From assembly GCA_036337435.1 (NCBI GenBank), contig JAYZEG010000024.1, forward strand, positions 1-64,000: 64,000 bases of DNA, in the 5' to 3' direction. Shown piece by piece: positions 11,001-19,503 of the stretch. The translations under genes and the position numbers were made by a program. The stretch's first letter is position 1. Every line of letters begins with the position of its first letter. The notes beneath the pieces were generated by a model. It made no database searches, was not told the origin of the DNA, and was given only the letters and a program-made list of their open reading frames with translations. The DNA is from Myxococcota bacterium. GTDB taxonomy: Bacteria > Myxococcota_A > Bradymonadia > UBA7976 > UBA1532.

Positions 11001-11369
11001 GCGATGCTTGAGGATAGAGCCTCTCCGCTGGAAGAGAAAGCAATTGGCGCAATGAAAAATGCCCTTAAATTGGCTCACAAAAATCATGTTTATAACGAAT
11101 GGTCTCGGAAGGCCGCAGCTCTTCTCGCCAAGAAGGCACCAGAACTCTACCCGGTTATCGCCGATGCGACTGTGAATAGCGAGTGGACTGTGCCAGCGAC
11201 TTTCTCGACGCGATTTAATCCCGACCCAAATGGCAAACTGGATCGACGTCCACCGCCAAAGCCCGTCGTACCAGTCGGACCGGGCCAGCCAGGTAAAACA
11301 CCAAAGGCTGGAGATACGAGTCCGCAGGCGACGTCTGCAGACGGTGCGGCAGCAGGAGCAGTGAAATGA
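8028..11369 (+). CDS. gltD: Gliding motility large TPR protein GltD/AgmU-like
   Basis: ATGA overlap with the gltC stop; many TPRs. C-terminal 'PPGLSEDEEFTYRAMLEDRASPLEEKA..YNEWS' is typical of AgmU/GltD. Confidence 0.75.
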   Translation: MSRITSAAIILTLVLGSQAVAQKRKTASSDDGLGVGGQKAKNVIKPDSGKDTYKPENAEIEKLVTGMEKRLSKVRQRQIKKMRDILAKNPLYRNKANLLFRIAEKEWDEAKYRYALARADYEKRYEAFLNETLKVKPKEPEADYSKALNEYQQLLKEFPNYRRIDEVMYYLGKGLITAGKKRQGAAYMRKMFLAHPRSKYKTAAHLAVAEFYFDEDLLTLAQTQYIEVLKDKQSPQYPVALYKLGYVHYNLQAYDESIAAFQKVVQLSKGKDKRKIYFTNQAYSALTLAYAETTNGWRKAQEYFFAQGGHKLANGKLESIARIYNKQDKSQEEVDVYEYLIGNNKEGKKVPEYASYITKSYKKQEKMEKAEETINRFVKFLDPKRKWYSINSQYEEPRIRSNQYREEEIDWLITRFHKKAQESEKKKDLEKAKVFYDKAVVYYEQYIELFPKSKFIYEYEFFLAEIYYFQMKKWEDAAKHYRRVVEIDPKGKYSKESAYAVILAKQEKMVDAGLIKGTEKTGKKGKKRSRIQKASVTYVKTDETDDFKPIPKKDLQPLQTDFLEACAFYVDTYPKDNRVPEVSFLSAEIWIDSGHYKEGVKRLEVLLEYHSKHKFAGHAAAKLFDANYRLRDWDQMERWGRYMLQKKNFKVLSKKKLLGVIAISINEYATELNKNGEKDKAAKEMLRFVGEFPKHEKAPIALFNAAAITEQAERTKDAINLYEKVIRDYEKSPQATESHWVLGLLYESQTDFETAAKYFEKMASFPDVPQMADALYNAGSIRAALEQFDQAIQIFETFAAKFPENETTPELILEIGRIQEKQKQWTAATKTYNRYLKTFGKKKSEMVPGIFLKKALIIQREGGKRTRARATAELKKAEKAYGKLDEKGKENAEVRQAMAKIMFLLAEYKYDDFEAIQLSFPENKLKKGLVAKAKLLGECEKLFFEVTKYKAWHVSAGALYRIGESYYLYSKSLFDLPMPPGLSEDEEFTYRAMLEDRASPLEEKAIGAMKNALKLAHKNHVYNEWSRKAAALLAKKAPELYPVIADATVNSEWTVPATFSTRFNPDPNGKLDRRPPPKPVVPVGPGQPGKTPKAGDTSPQATSADGAAAGAVK

Positions 11370-12691
11370 GTTCGATATTGTTCAAAAAGCAAGGGTTCTT
11401 GCTGGCCATTTGTGTTTCGCTCCTCGCATGCGGAGGCGCGCCGAAGAAGGCACCTGTTGTAACCAAACCCCTCGAAGACCCACGGGCACCGGGCGTACCT
11501 TCACCTGCGATTGATGCTTTCGAGAGCGGTGTAAAAGCAATGCAAGCAAAGCCTGCGAAATACACGGAAGCCATCGGTGCTTTCAAGAAAGCGGTTGAGC
11601 TCCATCCAGATTACATTGTGGCTTGGCTGAACCTGGCGATTGGGTACGAGAAGCTCGGTCGATATCAAGATGCTGCAGCAACATACCGTGCTCTCATCGG
11701 GCGACGCGTCATCGATCAAGGCGTGCAATTGGCATTGGGGAGAGCCCTGTTATTGAGTGGCAAGCCCGACGAGGCAATAAAGACTTTTAAAGAACTCTTG
11801 CAGACGGACAAGAGCAATTTACAAGCGCAAAACAACCTCGCCGCTGCATATCTCAAAAAACAAGATTTTGACACCTCTCTCGACTACGTAAAGGACGTGC
11901 TGGCTGTGCAGCCAAAAAATGTGCCGGCGATCATTAACCTTGGCCTGCTTTATTTGAAACAGGAAAAGTTGCCGCTGGCACTGCTCATGTTCAAAAAGGC
12001 ACTCGGTTACGATAAGGAAAACGCGCGAGCGCAGAATAATCTCGGGCTGACTTATTATGTCATGTCAATCAAAGATCGCTCTGCTGACACTCTGCCGAAC
12101 GCTGTTGTCGCATTCGAAAAAGCCATTGAGCTCGACCCTACGATGGATGAAGCGCGACTCAACGTTGGCTCAGTCTTCCTTGATTATTTGGATTATCAAC
12201 GTGCTCTGGAGCAATTCCAAGCGGTGCGGAAGCGGTTTCCAAATCATTATCAAGCAATGGTTGGTGAGGCCAACTGCCTTTACGGTGTTGGGAATTACGA
12301 CGAGGCGATGAAGCTTTACCTGGAAACTCTGGAAATGGATGCAGGGTCAAGCAACGGGGAATCGATTTTACGCGTCGGGAAAATATACGAGCAACAGCTC
12401 AATAAGCCCAAGAAAGCATTGGAATACTATAAGCGTTACGTTGCAGTTGTGAATCCACCAAAGACGGCCAAGATCCGACAAACAATCATGTTTCTTGAGC
12501 AGGCTGGACAGCTACAAATGCAACAGACCCAGCAGCCCCAGCCAAACGCGGGGGGAGCTGAGCAAACCCAACCCCAACAAAACGCCGCACCCGAGGGTGA
12601 AAGCTCAGAAACGGACGCGTCTGATAATGGGTCCGGGAATTCTGGTCAAACACAGACGGAAGGTGAGCCGACAACCCCAGGTGATGGCTGA
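11366..12691 (+). CDS. gltE: TPR lipoprotein GltE/AglT-like
   Basis: Lipobox LLAC, tandem TPRs, ATGA overlap, position between gltD and gltF. Confidence 0.7.
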   Translation: MSSILFKKQGFLLAICVSLLACGGAPKKAPVVTKPLEDPRAPGVPSPAIDAFESGVKAMQAKPAKYTEAIGAFKKAVELHPDYIVAWLNLAIGYEKLGRYQDAAATYRALIGRRVIDQGVQLALGRALLLSGKPDEAIKTFKELLQTDKSNLQAQNNLAAAYLKKQDFDTSLDYVKDVLAVQPKNVPAIINLGLLYLKQEKLPLALLMFKKALGYDKENARAQNNLGLTYYVMSIKDRSADTLPNAVVAFEKAIELDPTMDEARLNVGSVFLDYLDYQRALEQFQAVRKRFPNHYQAMVGEANCLYGVGNYDEAMKLYLETLEMDAGSSNGESILRVGKIYEQQLNKPKKALEYYKRYVAVVNPPKTAKIRQTIMFLEQAGQLQMQQTQQPQPNAGGAEQTQPQQNAAPEGESSETDASDNGSGNSGQTQTEGEPTTPGDG

Positions 12692-12840
12692 ATCCGACTT
12701 GGCAAAATGGGCATGCAGCGCGGGCTTTGTTTTTTTGATATGCTCGAAGAAACGGGAACAGTTCGTTAGACTGCCTGTCCTAGATATTAAACGGTGCTGG
12801 GGTCTCCTGGACAGCCACCGGTACTTAGGAGCGATTTGAT

Positions 12841-13092
12841 ATGAAGAAATTGACCATCATTTTGGCATTTGGAGTTGCTTTGGCCATGCCGGTGTTCGCG
12901 TCGGCTCAAGAAGCCGGTGTGAAGACAAAATTTTACAACTTTGATGACTTGCTCATCGATGGTGAGTACAAAAAGCCGCAAATGCTTTACACTGATGCAC
13001 GCCAAAAAGTTAAGTTCGAGCGTTTGCTCAATTTGAAGAAGGACTTCCTGCCGAAATTGAAAGCGACGGCTAAAGACGCTGCCTTAAGGTAG
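12841..13092 (+). CDS. gltF: Small secreted gliding protein GltF/CglF-like
   Basis: 83 aa, signal peptide, 'FDDLLIDGEYKKP....ARQKVKFERLLNLKKDFLPKL' CglF-type pattern, AGGAG SD. Confidence 0.75.
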   Translation: MKKLTIILAFGVALAMPVFASAQEAGVKTKFYNFDDLLIDGEYKKPQMLYTDARQKVKFERLLNLKKDFLPKLKATAKDAALR

Positions 13093-13278
13093 GAAAGCCC
13101 AGGCTCCAGCTTGGCCGCCAGGTGGTTTTGGATAGACGACCGCATCCTTCCTGGGCACTGTTTTGTTTAATTGGTCAATTTGTGTTGGACCCGGCTCTTT
13201 TTGAGCGTCCAAACAACGGGTGTTTTTGACTTAGGCGAGCTCTTTTGTTCTTTCACCCGGCAAAAGTCATGCTGAGAC

Positions 13279-13308
13279 TTGCCACGATTTGGTTGCTGTA
13301 CCTATAAT
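13279..13308 (+). promoter_or_regulatory. Candidate sigma-70 promoter of gltJ
   Basis: TTGCCA-N18-TATAAT, 58 nt upstream of ATG 13366. Confidence 0.4.
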
Positions 13309-13365
13309 CTCCAGGCGAGTTGGTTTCCGAGTCTACTTTGGACATGTCTTCAGGAGCACGGTGAA

Positions 13366-15228
13366 ATGAAAATCAAGTGCGACAAATGTGGTGCTAAATA
13401 CCAGGTGGCGGATGATAAGGTCCGACACAAGGTCTTTAAGATTCGCTGCAAGCGTTGTCAGCACGCAATCATCGTTCGCACTGATGACGAACCACAGGAA
13501 GCAACAGCAGCTCTCAATTCCATTTCTGAGGAAGACGGAACCCGCCAAGAACCACGACCAGATTCCGCCCCGCCAAGCGATGCAATCTGGCACATCGTTG
13601 TGGACCGTCAGCAAGTAGGACCGATGACGCCCGAGGATATTGCGGGCTATTTGGGTCGGGGCGAAGTGGACGGCGATGCTTTTGTCTGGTGCGATGGCCT
13701 CGGCGATTGGCAGAAAATGTCGACAGTCCAAGAGTTTGAGCATCTTTTTGACTCGAGTCAGCCGGTTGAAAGTGCCCCATCGAATCCATTTAGGTCACAA
13801 TCACAACAAGACGAAAAACCTCGTCAAAAAGACGAGCCCCAGGGAGCCGCACCGAGTCAGCCCGGCGACGAGGACGAAGACGAAGACGATGTCGTCATGT
13901 CCGGGCCCGCGCCGGCGTCCGACGGTTTGTTTGGCCAAGTTGACGCTGCCGCGGCAGTCGATTCCGATGGACCCAGAGTCGATGATCCCGACCAGCTCAA
14001 AGACCAACGCAACGACAACTCCGTGCTGTTCAGTTTGGATGCCCTGGACGCAGCAGCTAATGCCCCCAAGGTTTCCAATACAGGTGGGTCTGACGGGTCA
14101 GGATTAATCGACCTCTCTATGTTGAATTCCGGGGCCAGTGGTCATGGGTCGGAGGCAGTCTTTGGTCACGATGCTGGAGGTGGGATAGAGGCAGTTGCCG
14201 CACCTCAGCAAATGGTGCCGCTCGTGACTCGCCGGAGAGGCAATACAGCACTGATTATAACAATCGTCGTGGCGGGTTTGCTCGTGGCCGCAGCTGTTGG
14301 TGTCGCCGTTTATTTCGCAACCAAACAAGACGAGCCAAAGGTGGCCAGTAAACCACCGGTTGAGCAAGCAACCAATAAGGATACAGGGAGAGTCGCTGGG
14401 CGGACGTCGCTCGGTAACGCTAAACCAAAGGCCTCAACGGGTGGCAAACAGGTCGTGAACACCCAAAATGAAAAGGCTGAGACCAACACCGAGTCGGGTA
14501 TCAACAGTGTGACGACAACGAACGCAAAGGCTGAATCTCCAGGGCCAACCCAGAAGACAGCAGCTGCGTCTACTGATCCCAAATCAACTGCTGTCGAATC
14601 GAGCCGGTCGGCCAAGGCAAAAGTAAGTCGGGCCGCCGCACTTCGTAAAAAAACACCGAGCAAATGGACTAAGAAACAACTGGCGGCGAAACAACTGGCG
14701 GCAGCTAAGGCAAAAGCAAAAGCGAAGGCGAGGCGCAAAGCCGCTGAGCCTGTCCGAACGCCCAAGCCTAAGACAACAGCACCGAAGGAGGCACCGAGGG
14801 CCAAGGTTAAGGAAAAGCCTAAGAAGGGCGGCGATGAGGTAGACGCGCTTTTGGGGGCTTTGAGTGGTGGTGGAAAGAAAAGTGCGCGTAAAGCCCCGGC
14901 TAGGGGACCTGCCCCAAGTGCCGCACCAGCGTCAGCCGACCCTCTCTTGCCGCCCAAGCTAGGTAAGCGCGATATCTTACGGGTCGTGAGTCGACACAGT
15001 GGCAAGGTGCTATCATGCAGAAGTGCCGACCCCGAACTGCGCGGTGTCGTCAAAGTTCGAATTGCCATTGTGGGCTCAACTGGTAGGGTCTCTCGAGCAT
15101 CCGTTCTTACCCCCAAGTTTCAGGGGACACCTGTTGGAAACTGCGTAGCTGGCAAAATAAGGAGCCTTTATAAATTCCCGCAATTCAGTAACTCATCGAT
15201 GTCCATCACGATTCCCTTTCGGTTATAG
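13366..15228 (+). CDS. gltJ: GltJ/AgmX-like protein: zinc ribbon, GYF_2 domain, TM helix, low-complexity linker, TonB-C-like C-terminus
   Basis: ATG 13366 with AGGAG SD. Zinc ribbon MKIKCDKC..CKRC; GYF_2 motif 'WHIVVDRQQVGPM...VWCDGLGDW'; one TM; C-terminal 'GTPVGNCV..FPQF'. Confidence 0.75.
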   Translation: MKIKCDKCGAKYQVADDKVRHKVFKIRCKRCQHAIIVRTDDEPQEATAALNSISEEDGTRQEPRPDSAPPSDAIWHIVVDRQQVGPMTPEDIAGYLGRGEVDGDAFVWCDGLGDWQKMSTVQEFEHLFDSSQPVESAPSNPFRSQSQQDEKPRQKDEPQGAAPSQPGDEDEDEDDVVMSGPAPASDGLFGQVDAAAAVDSDGPRVDDPDQLKDQRNDNSVLFSLDALDAAANAPKVSNTGGSDGSGLIDLSMLNSGASGHGSEAVFGHDAGGGIEAVAAPQQMVPLVTRRRGNTALIITIVVAGLLVAAAVGVAVYFATKQDEPKVASKPPVEQATNKDTGRVAGRTSLGNAKPKASTGGKQVVNTQNEKAETNTESGINSVTTTNAKAESPGPTQKTAAASTDPKSTAVESSRSAKAKVSRAAALRKKTPSKWTKKQLAAKQLAAAKAKAKAKARRKAAEPVRTPKPKTTAPKEAPRAKVKEKPKKGGDEVDALLGALSGGGKKSARKAPARGPAPSAAPASADPLLPPKLGKRDILRVVSRHSGKVLSCRSADPELRGVVKVRIAIVGSTGRVSRASVLTPKFQGTPVGNCVAGKIRSLYKFPQFSNSSMSITIPFRL

Positions 15229-15360
15229 ACAGGCCGAGATAGCTAGCCTTCCACGTCATTCTTCGACCAATATTTCTGCCGCTTGTATCACGGAGTCAGA
15301 GCGACACTGTCGTTGGCTCCGTGCATATTTTCGTAAATGACAGCGCTGTGCGGCGCTTGT

Positions 15361-17592
15361 TTATGGTCTCACCGTGTAGCGAATTATTTTGAAATTGTTT
15401 GCACCCGTACCGTCTTCTGCATCTATCCTCAGGACATGCACGCCTGGTCTGAGATTGTCCACGAGAATCTGGCAGCCACGGCCTAATCGGCGATGCTCCA
15501 CTTCATCGATTAGGCTCCAGCGGACTTGATGACATGGCGCATAGCCATCAATCCGGTCAGGGTCTGAGACGCTGACCTGGAATAGGTACACCTGTTCGGA
15601 AAAGAGAATGGCATCATTGGTCGGTTCAATCATTTCAATGGTGGGAGGGTGGTCTTCCAGGTTTATCGAAAGTTGTTTTTGGGTTGTTTGCCCAGAAGAC
15701 TCTACCGCGATAGCTGATATTTGATGCTCGCCGAAATGATTTAAACTGGCCGTAATGTGTTCTCCCTGACCGAGATATCCTTCAATGTCTGAGTACCAAA
15801 ATATGTCGACATTCTGTTCTTCGTCGAAGTCATATGCGGCTCCATTCAATTGAAATGTGGAAAATCGCCTAATTTGGGACAGTCTTTCTTCGGATATTTC
15901 CTCGATGAAAAGGTAAGGTGGCGTGTCTCCGATGAGCTCTCGAATCATCGGGTAGCCTTGAACCACCAAGCCTGGCGTGGATTCGGCGATCGGATGGGCA
16001 TGCTGAATCAGCAAGTCCTTGACTGCTGCCGGTGTTAGCTCAGGGTCTACAAAGAGAGCTTGAGCGGCAAGACCGGCAACGAAAGCTGCCGAAATAGAGG
16101 TGCCCTCAATTTCTCCGACCTCCAGTTCAGCTTGACTTGGATCGAGGTAGCCGTAAGCAGAAAAAGGGCCGTAGATATCGACCGTAGAGGCAATTTCGCT
16201 GGAGCCGAAATTGGATTGTCGGTGATGTGTTTTATCTGATTTCAAACCGCCGACACAGAGGACTGAGCTTGCAGCACACGGAAAGACGACTTCATTACTC
16301 GAGTCTAGGTCACGTCCTCGGTTTCCAGATGCAGCGACGAGGAGAGACGTCTCTCCGATACTTGAAAACCACTCATCCAGGTAGTTATGCGCAAGCCTCT
16401 CCGCGAATTGCATAGGCCCACCGGTCCAGCTCAAATTGACGATATCGGGTTCGCGGCTCAAAGCCATTCTAATCCCACGCAGTCCATTGAAAAGGATGGG
16501 CGGACCATAATCGACCAAGACCAGATCAATTAGGTTACCAGCGACGCCAGCGATGCCAAAGTGGTCATTTCGTTTTGCACCGATCAGACCAGCAATCTGC
16601 GTGCCATGATAATGGGTGTTCTGTATGTCCTGGTCGTCAACAACTGTTATGAATTCGGTCGTTGCATCCATATCATTGGTGTTCACGAAACCACTATCGA
16701 CAACGGCGACTCGCGGGCGAGTACCCTGCGGCCCTCCGTGTTCGATGAGCGACCAGGTTTTGCCGATGCTATAGCCCTCGCCAGAATCGCTATAATTCGG
16801 CCACTGATTTGCGTCAGGTGTGTAATTACCTGAGCCATGCTCTGCTTCATAACTGGCTGCAAAATTAAAAGCAGGCTTAATAATTGGATGGAGCATTAAT
16901 TGGTGGGCTGATGCCTGGCCACTGAGTGAAATGGCAAGGTTGGATAAGATGGACCAATCAGTGGCGACAAGGTGTGAAATGTCGTCTCGGTCCATCAGAC
17001 CATTTAAGTCCTCGATGACCTGGTCTTCGTTGATGGCTGAACGGTCGATGAGCAGACGATGTACGCGGGTTTGTTCGGTCAGGGCCAGTGTGTCGATTAG
17101 AATTAGGTTAAAGCGACGTGTCACATGTTCGAGTTCATCATTTGATTGAGTCACCAGCAAGAGTTCGTCAGACAAATACTCGTGGTCTACCCGTCCATTC
17201 ATTTTGAGTTTGGACACTTTTAGAGCTGTATTTTGAACGATGATTGGATCCGGTCTTAAGTTTGAGAGAATGAGCGGCTGAATGTACTCATTTTGAACGT
17301 CTAATGACCGTTCATCGCGCTCTTGCTGAGCGTCCCGGACTGCGCCCGCGTCAAATTGGGTACGCATGGATTCTGGATGGGGCTGCATGGCGATGTGCAA
17401 GGCTGGACCACAATCATAAGGCGACTCGCACAGGTCGGGTGTAATTGACCGGATGCCATCCTCAGTCGGCCGACCTTGTGGTGTCCCTTCGGCCACACAT
17501 CCAGCCACCAATATAGCCATCACAAGAGGGAAGAGGATTTGTCTCTTAATTGAGGCTGACCTGACCCGCATTCTAAGGTTTCGATCGTACAT
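15361..17592 (-). CDS. S8 (subtilisin-like) serine protease lipoprotein with C-terminal PKD/Ig-like repeats
   Basis: Triad motifs VAVVDSG, HGTQIAGLIG and GTSISAAFVAG; oxyanion AASGN; lipobox VAGC. Likely start ATG 17592 with GGAG SD (the track starts at 17793). Confidence 0.85.
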   Translation of the reverse strand: MYDRNLRMRVRSASIKRQILFPLVMAILVAGCVAEGTPQGRPTEDGIRSITPDLCESPYDCGPALHIAMQPHPESMRTQFDAGAVRDAQQERDERSLDVQNEYIQPLILSNLRPDPIIVQNTALKVSKLKMNGRVDHEYLSDELLLVTQSNDELEHVTRRFNLILIDTLALTEQTRVHRLLIDRSAINEDQVIEDLNGLMDRDDISHLVATDWSILSNLAISLSGQASAHQLMLHPIIKPAFNFAASYEAEHGSGNYTPDANQWPNYSDSGEGYSIGKTWSLIEHGGPQGTRPRVAVVDSGFVNTNDMDATTEFITVVDDQDIQNTHYHGTQIAGLIGAKRNDHFGIAGVAGNLIDLVLVDYGPPILFNGLRGIRMALSREPDIVNLSWTGGPMQFAERLAHNYLDEWFSSIGETSLLVAASGNRGRDLDSSNEVVFPCAASSVLCVGGLKSDKTHHRQSNFGSSEIASTVDIYGPFSAYGYLDPSQAELEVGEIEGTSISAAFVAGLAAQALFVDPELTPAAVKDLLIQHAHPIAESTPGLVVQGYPMIRELIGDTPPYLFIEEISEERLSQIRRFSTFQLNGAAYDFDEEQNVDIFWYSDIEGYLGQGEHITASLNHFGEHQISAIAVESSGQTTQKQLSINLEDHPPTIEMIEPTNDAILFSEQVYLFQVSVSDPDRIDGYAPCHQVRWSLIDEVEHRRLGRGCQILVDNLRPGVHVLRIDAEDGTGANNFKIIRYTVRP

Positions 17593-17786
17593 TTCTTTGC
17601 TCCAAGTTATCGGCTCATTTGCTGCGTTCCAGTTAAAATTACAGGTACGATGCCTGAGCAGTTTTTCGTTTACCAAAAACCACTCGACAGGACGTTTCGC
17701 GTGTTGCACAAAAACGCACACAGTCAGATTCGATGGCCCGTCCTGCACTGGGCGTTGCACAGTAGACGTCAATGAGTGGCAGTGAC

Positions 17787-17815
17787 TTGACAATCAAAGT
17801 CACATGGTAGATAGT
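17787..17815 (+). promoter_or_regulatory. Candidate sigma-70 promoter of rplC
   Basis: TTGACA-N17-GATAGT followed by GC-rich CCGCCCCC (discriminator-like). Confidence 0.45.
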
Positions 17816-17899
17816 CCGCCCCCAACACGTTGGTGATGCCCATTTGGGCCGCTCGCTTGTAGCAAACGTGGAAACAGCAACCCATTTGGAGGTTCAGTC

Positions 17900-18577
17900 A
17901 TGAATGGTATCCTCGGTAAAAAGATTGGAATGACGTCTGTCTTCGATGAAGATGGGCAGCAGATTGCAGTAACAGTCGTTGAGACGACCGGTAACATCGT
18001 CGTCGATAAACGGACCGATGAGCGTGATGGTTACTCTGCTCTCGTATTGGGCTTCGGCGAAAAACGCGCCAAAATTTCAAGCAAGCCAGTTCTTGGTCAA
18101 TTTGAAAAGAATAACCTCGTCGAGACCAAGAACGGCCGAGAGGTCATCAAGAGGCATGTGCGTGAATTCAGAGTTGAAAATGAAGAACTCGACGCCGTCT
18201 CAATTGGTGATGAAGTTGCGGCAGCTGAGTTATTTGACGCTGGCGAGCTCGTGGACGTTGTCGGTACGAGCAAGGGTCGTGGTTTCACCGGCGTAATGAA
18301 GCGTTACAACTTCCGAGGGGGCAAGGCGACTCACGGTGTTCACGAGTACTATCGACACGGTGGCTCCATCGGTATGTGTGCCTGGCCTGCTCGCGTCTTC
18401 AAGAACAAGAAGATGCCTGGTCAACACGGCAACAAGCGGACGACGGTTCAAAAGCTCACGGTCGTTGGTATTCGACCGGAGGATGGGGTTGTCCTCATTA
18501 GGGGTGGTATACCGGGTCCTAAGGGCGGTTTGGTGATGATCAAGAAGGCCATCAAGCGCTCACCAGACATGCGCTAA
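17900..18577 (+). CDS. rplC: 50S ribosomal protein L3
   Basis: 'GILGKKIGMTSVF', 'VDVVGTSKGRGFTGVMKR', 'RHGGSIG...PARVFKNKKMPGQHG'; GGAGG SD. Confidence 0.97.
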   Translation: MNGILGKKIGMTSVFDEDGQQIAVTVVETTGNIVVDKRTDERDGYSALVLGFGEKRAKISSKPVLGQFEKNNLVETKNGREVIKRHVREFRVENEELDAVSIGDEVAAAELFDAGELVDVVGTSKGRGFTGVMKRYNFRGGKATHGVHEYYRHGGSIGMCAWPARVFKNKKMPGQHGNKRTTVQKLTVVGIRPEDGVVLIRGGIPGPKGGLVMIKKAIKRSPDMR

Positions 18578-18637
18578 GCAAGAGGCAGCTTGCCATAGGC
18601 GTAAGAAAGCTCTCTTTGACGTAGCTGACCCATTGAG

Positions 18638-19405
18638 CTACTGCAGACAATCAGCATGTCCGTCGTAGACACGTACGGCTGGCCCTGTCATGATGATGCC
18701 GTTTAATTTCCCAGAGATTGTCAGCGGGCCGCCTGGCAGACAGATCCTTGTCGGCCCGACCTGAATGCGACCCATGACCCACGCCGCGGCGGCTGTTGCC
18801 GTTGCGCCAGTACCGCACGCCTGTGTGAATCCACACCCGCGCTCCCAGACAACCAAATCAATTGATTGGTCTTGATTAAGGCGGGCGAATGAAATGTTGG
18901 CACCTGACTTAAACGCCGGATGCGTACAGAGGATAGGCCCCAGCTTCGATCGGTCGTGATAATGTTTTTCGCCGAACAAGACGAAGTGCGGATTCCCGGT
19001 CGATAAAAATCGTCCAGTTACAATTTGGCTATCCAGCGAGATGTTTTTTTCACCGTGGTCATGCACAGCTCCCATGTGCACACTCACGAGCCCATCTTTC
19101 ATGTCAACCTGAAGAGTGCCGGCCCCAGTTTCGAGCATCAGAGTTTGATCATGCCAAAGTGATTTGTCGACGAGGTACGCTGCGGCGCATCGCAAGCCGT
19201 TTCCACACATCTCTGCTTCTGAACCATCTGCATTGAGCACACGCATAGAATAGGGTGCTGACTGTCCCGGATTGATCAGCAGGACTCCATCCGCTCCGAT
19301 TCCGGTCCTGCGGTTGCAAAGTTTAACGACATCTTGGGTGTCAATATCTGGTCGCTCAACGATGATAAAATCATTTCCTAGACCGTGATATTTGCTGAAT
19401 TTCAT
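18638..19405 (-). CDS. dapF: Diaminopimelate epimerase
   Basis: 'KYHGLGNDF', 'NADGSEAEMCGNG', 'GNPH', 'WERGCGFTQACGTG'. Confidence 0.95.
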   Translation of the reverse strand: MKFSKYHGLGNDFIIVERPDIDTQDVVKLCNRRTGIGADGVLLINPGQSAPYSMRVLNADGSEAEMCGNGLRCAAAYLVDKSLWHDQTLMLETGAGTLQVDMKDGLVSVHMGAVHDHGEKNISLDSQIVTGRFLSTGNPHFVLFGEKHYHDRSKLGPILCTHPAFKSGANISFARLNQDQSIDLVVWERGCGFTQACGTGATATAAAAWVMGRIQVGPTRICLPGGPLTISGKLNGIIMTGPAVRVYDGHADCLQ

Positions 19406-19423
19406 TTTCAAGAATCCCCAACC

Positions 19424-19461
19424 GACAATAAATTGACATTTGTCCTACATTTAACGACAAT
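19424..19461 (+). promoter_or_regulatory. Sigma-70 promoter of the flagellar activator, overlapped by a FleQ-like box
   Basis: TTGACA (19433) -N17- GACAAT (19456). GACAATAAATTGAC at 19424-19437 covers the -35. Confidence 0.55.
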
Positions 19462-19503
19462 TCACTACGTTGACCATATTTGTCTGTTACGTTGGAGTGT
19501 ACC

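Noticed and set aside
13258..13273. Sigma-54-like site CGGCAAAAGTCATGCT before gltJ
   Set aside because: Correct spacing but poor flanks; a sigma-70 match nearby is at least as good.
14670..14705. Short tandem repeat AAACAACTGGCGGC in gltJ
   Set aside because: An in-frame KQLAA duplication within a low-complexity linker.
14310..15116. Long antisense ORF (268 aa) and the many other short overlapping ORFs in the track
   Set aside because: Shadow frames of well-supported genes; no independent motifs.
17838..17895. CCCATTTGG duplicated in the rplC leader, including one ACCCA
   Set aside because: Short, and ACCCA is not cleanly in a loop; no basis to link it to the flagellar motif.
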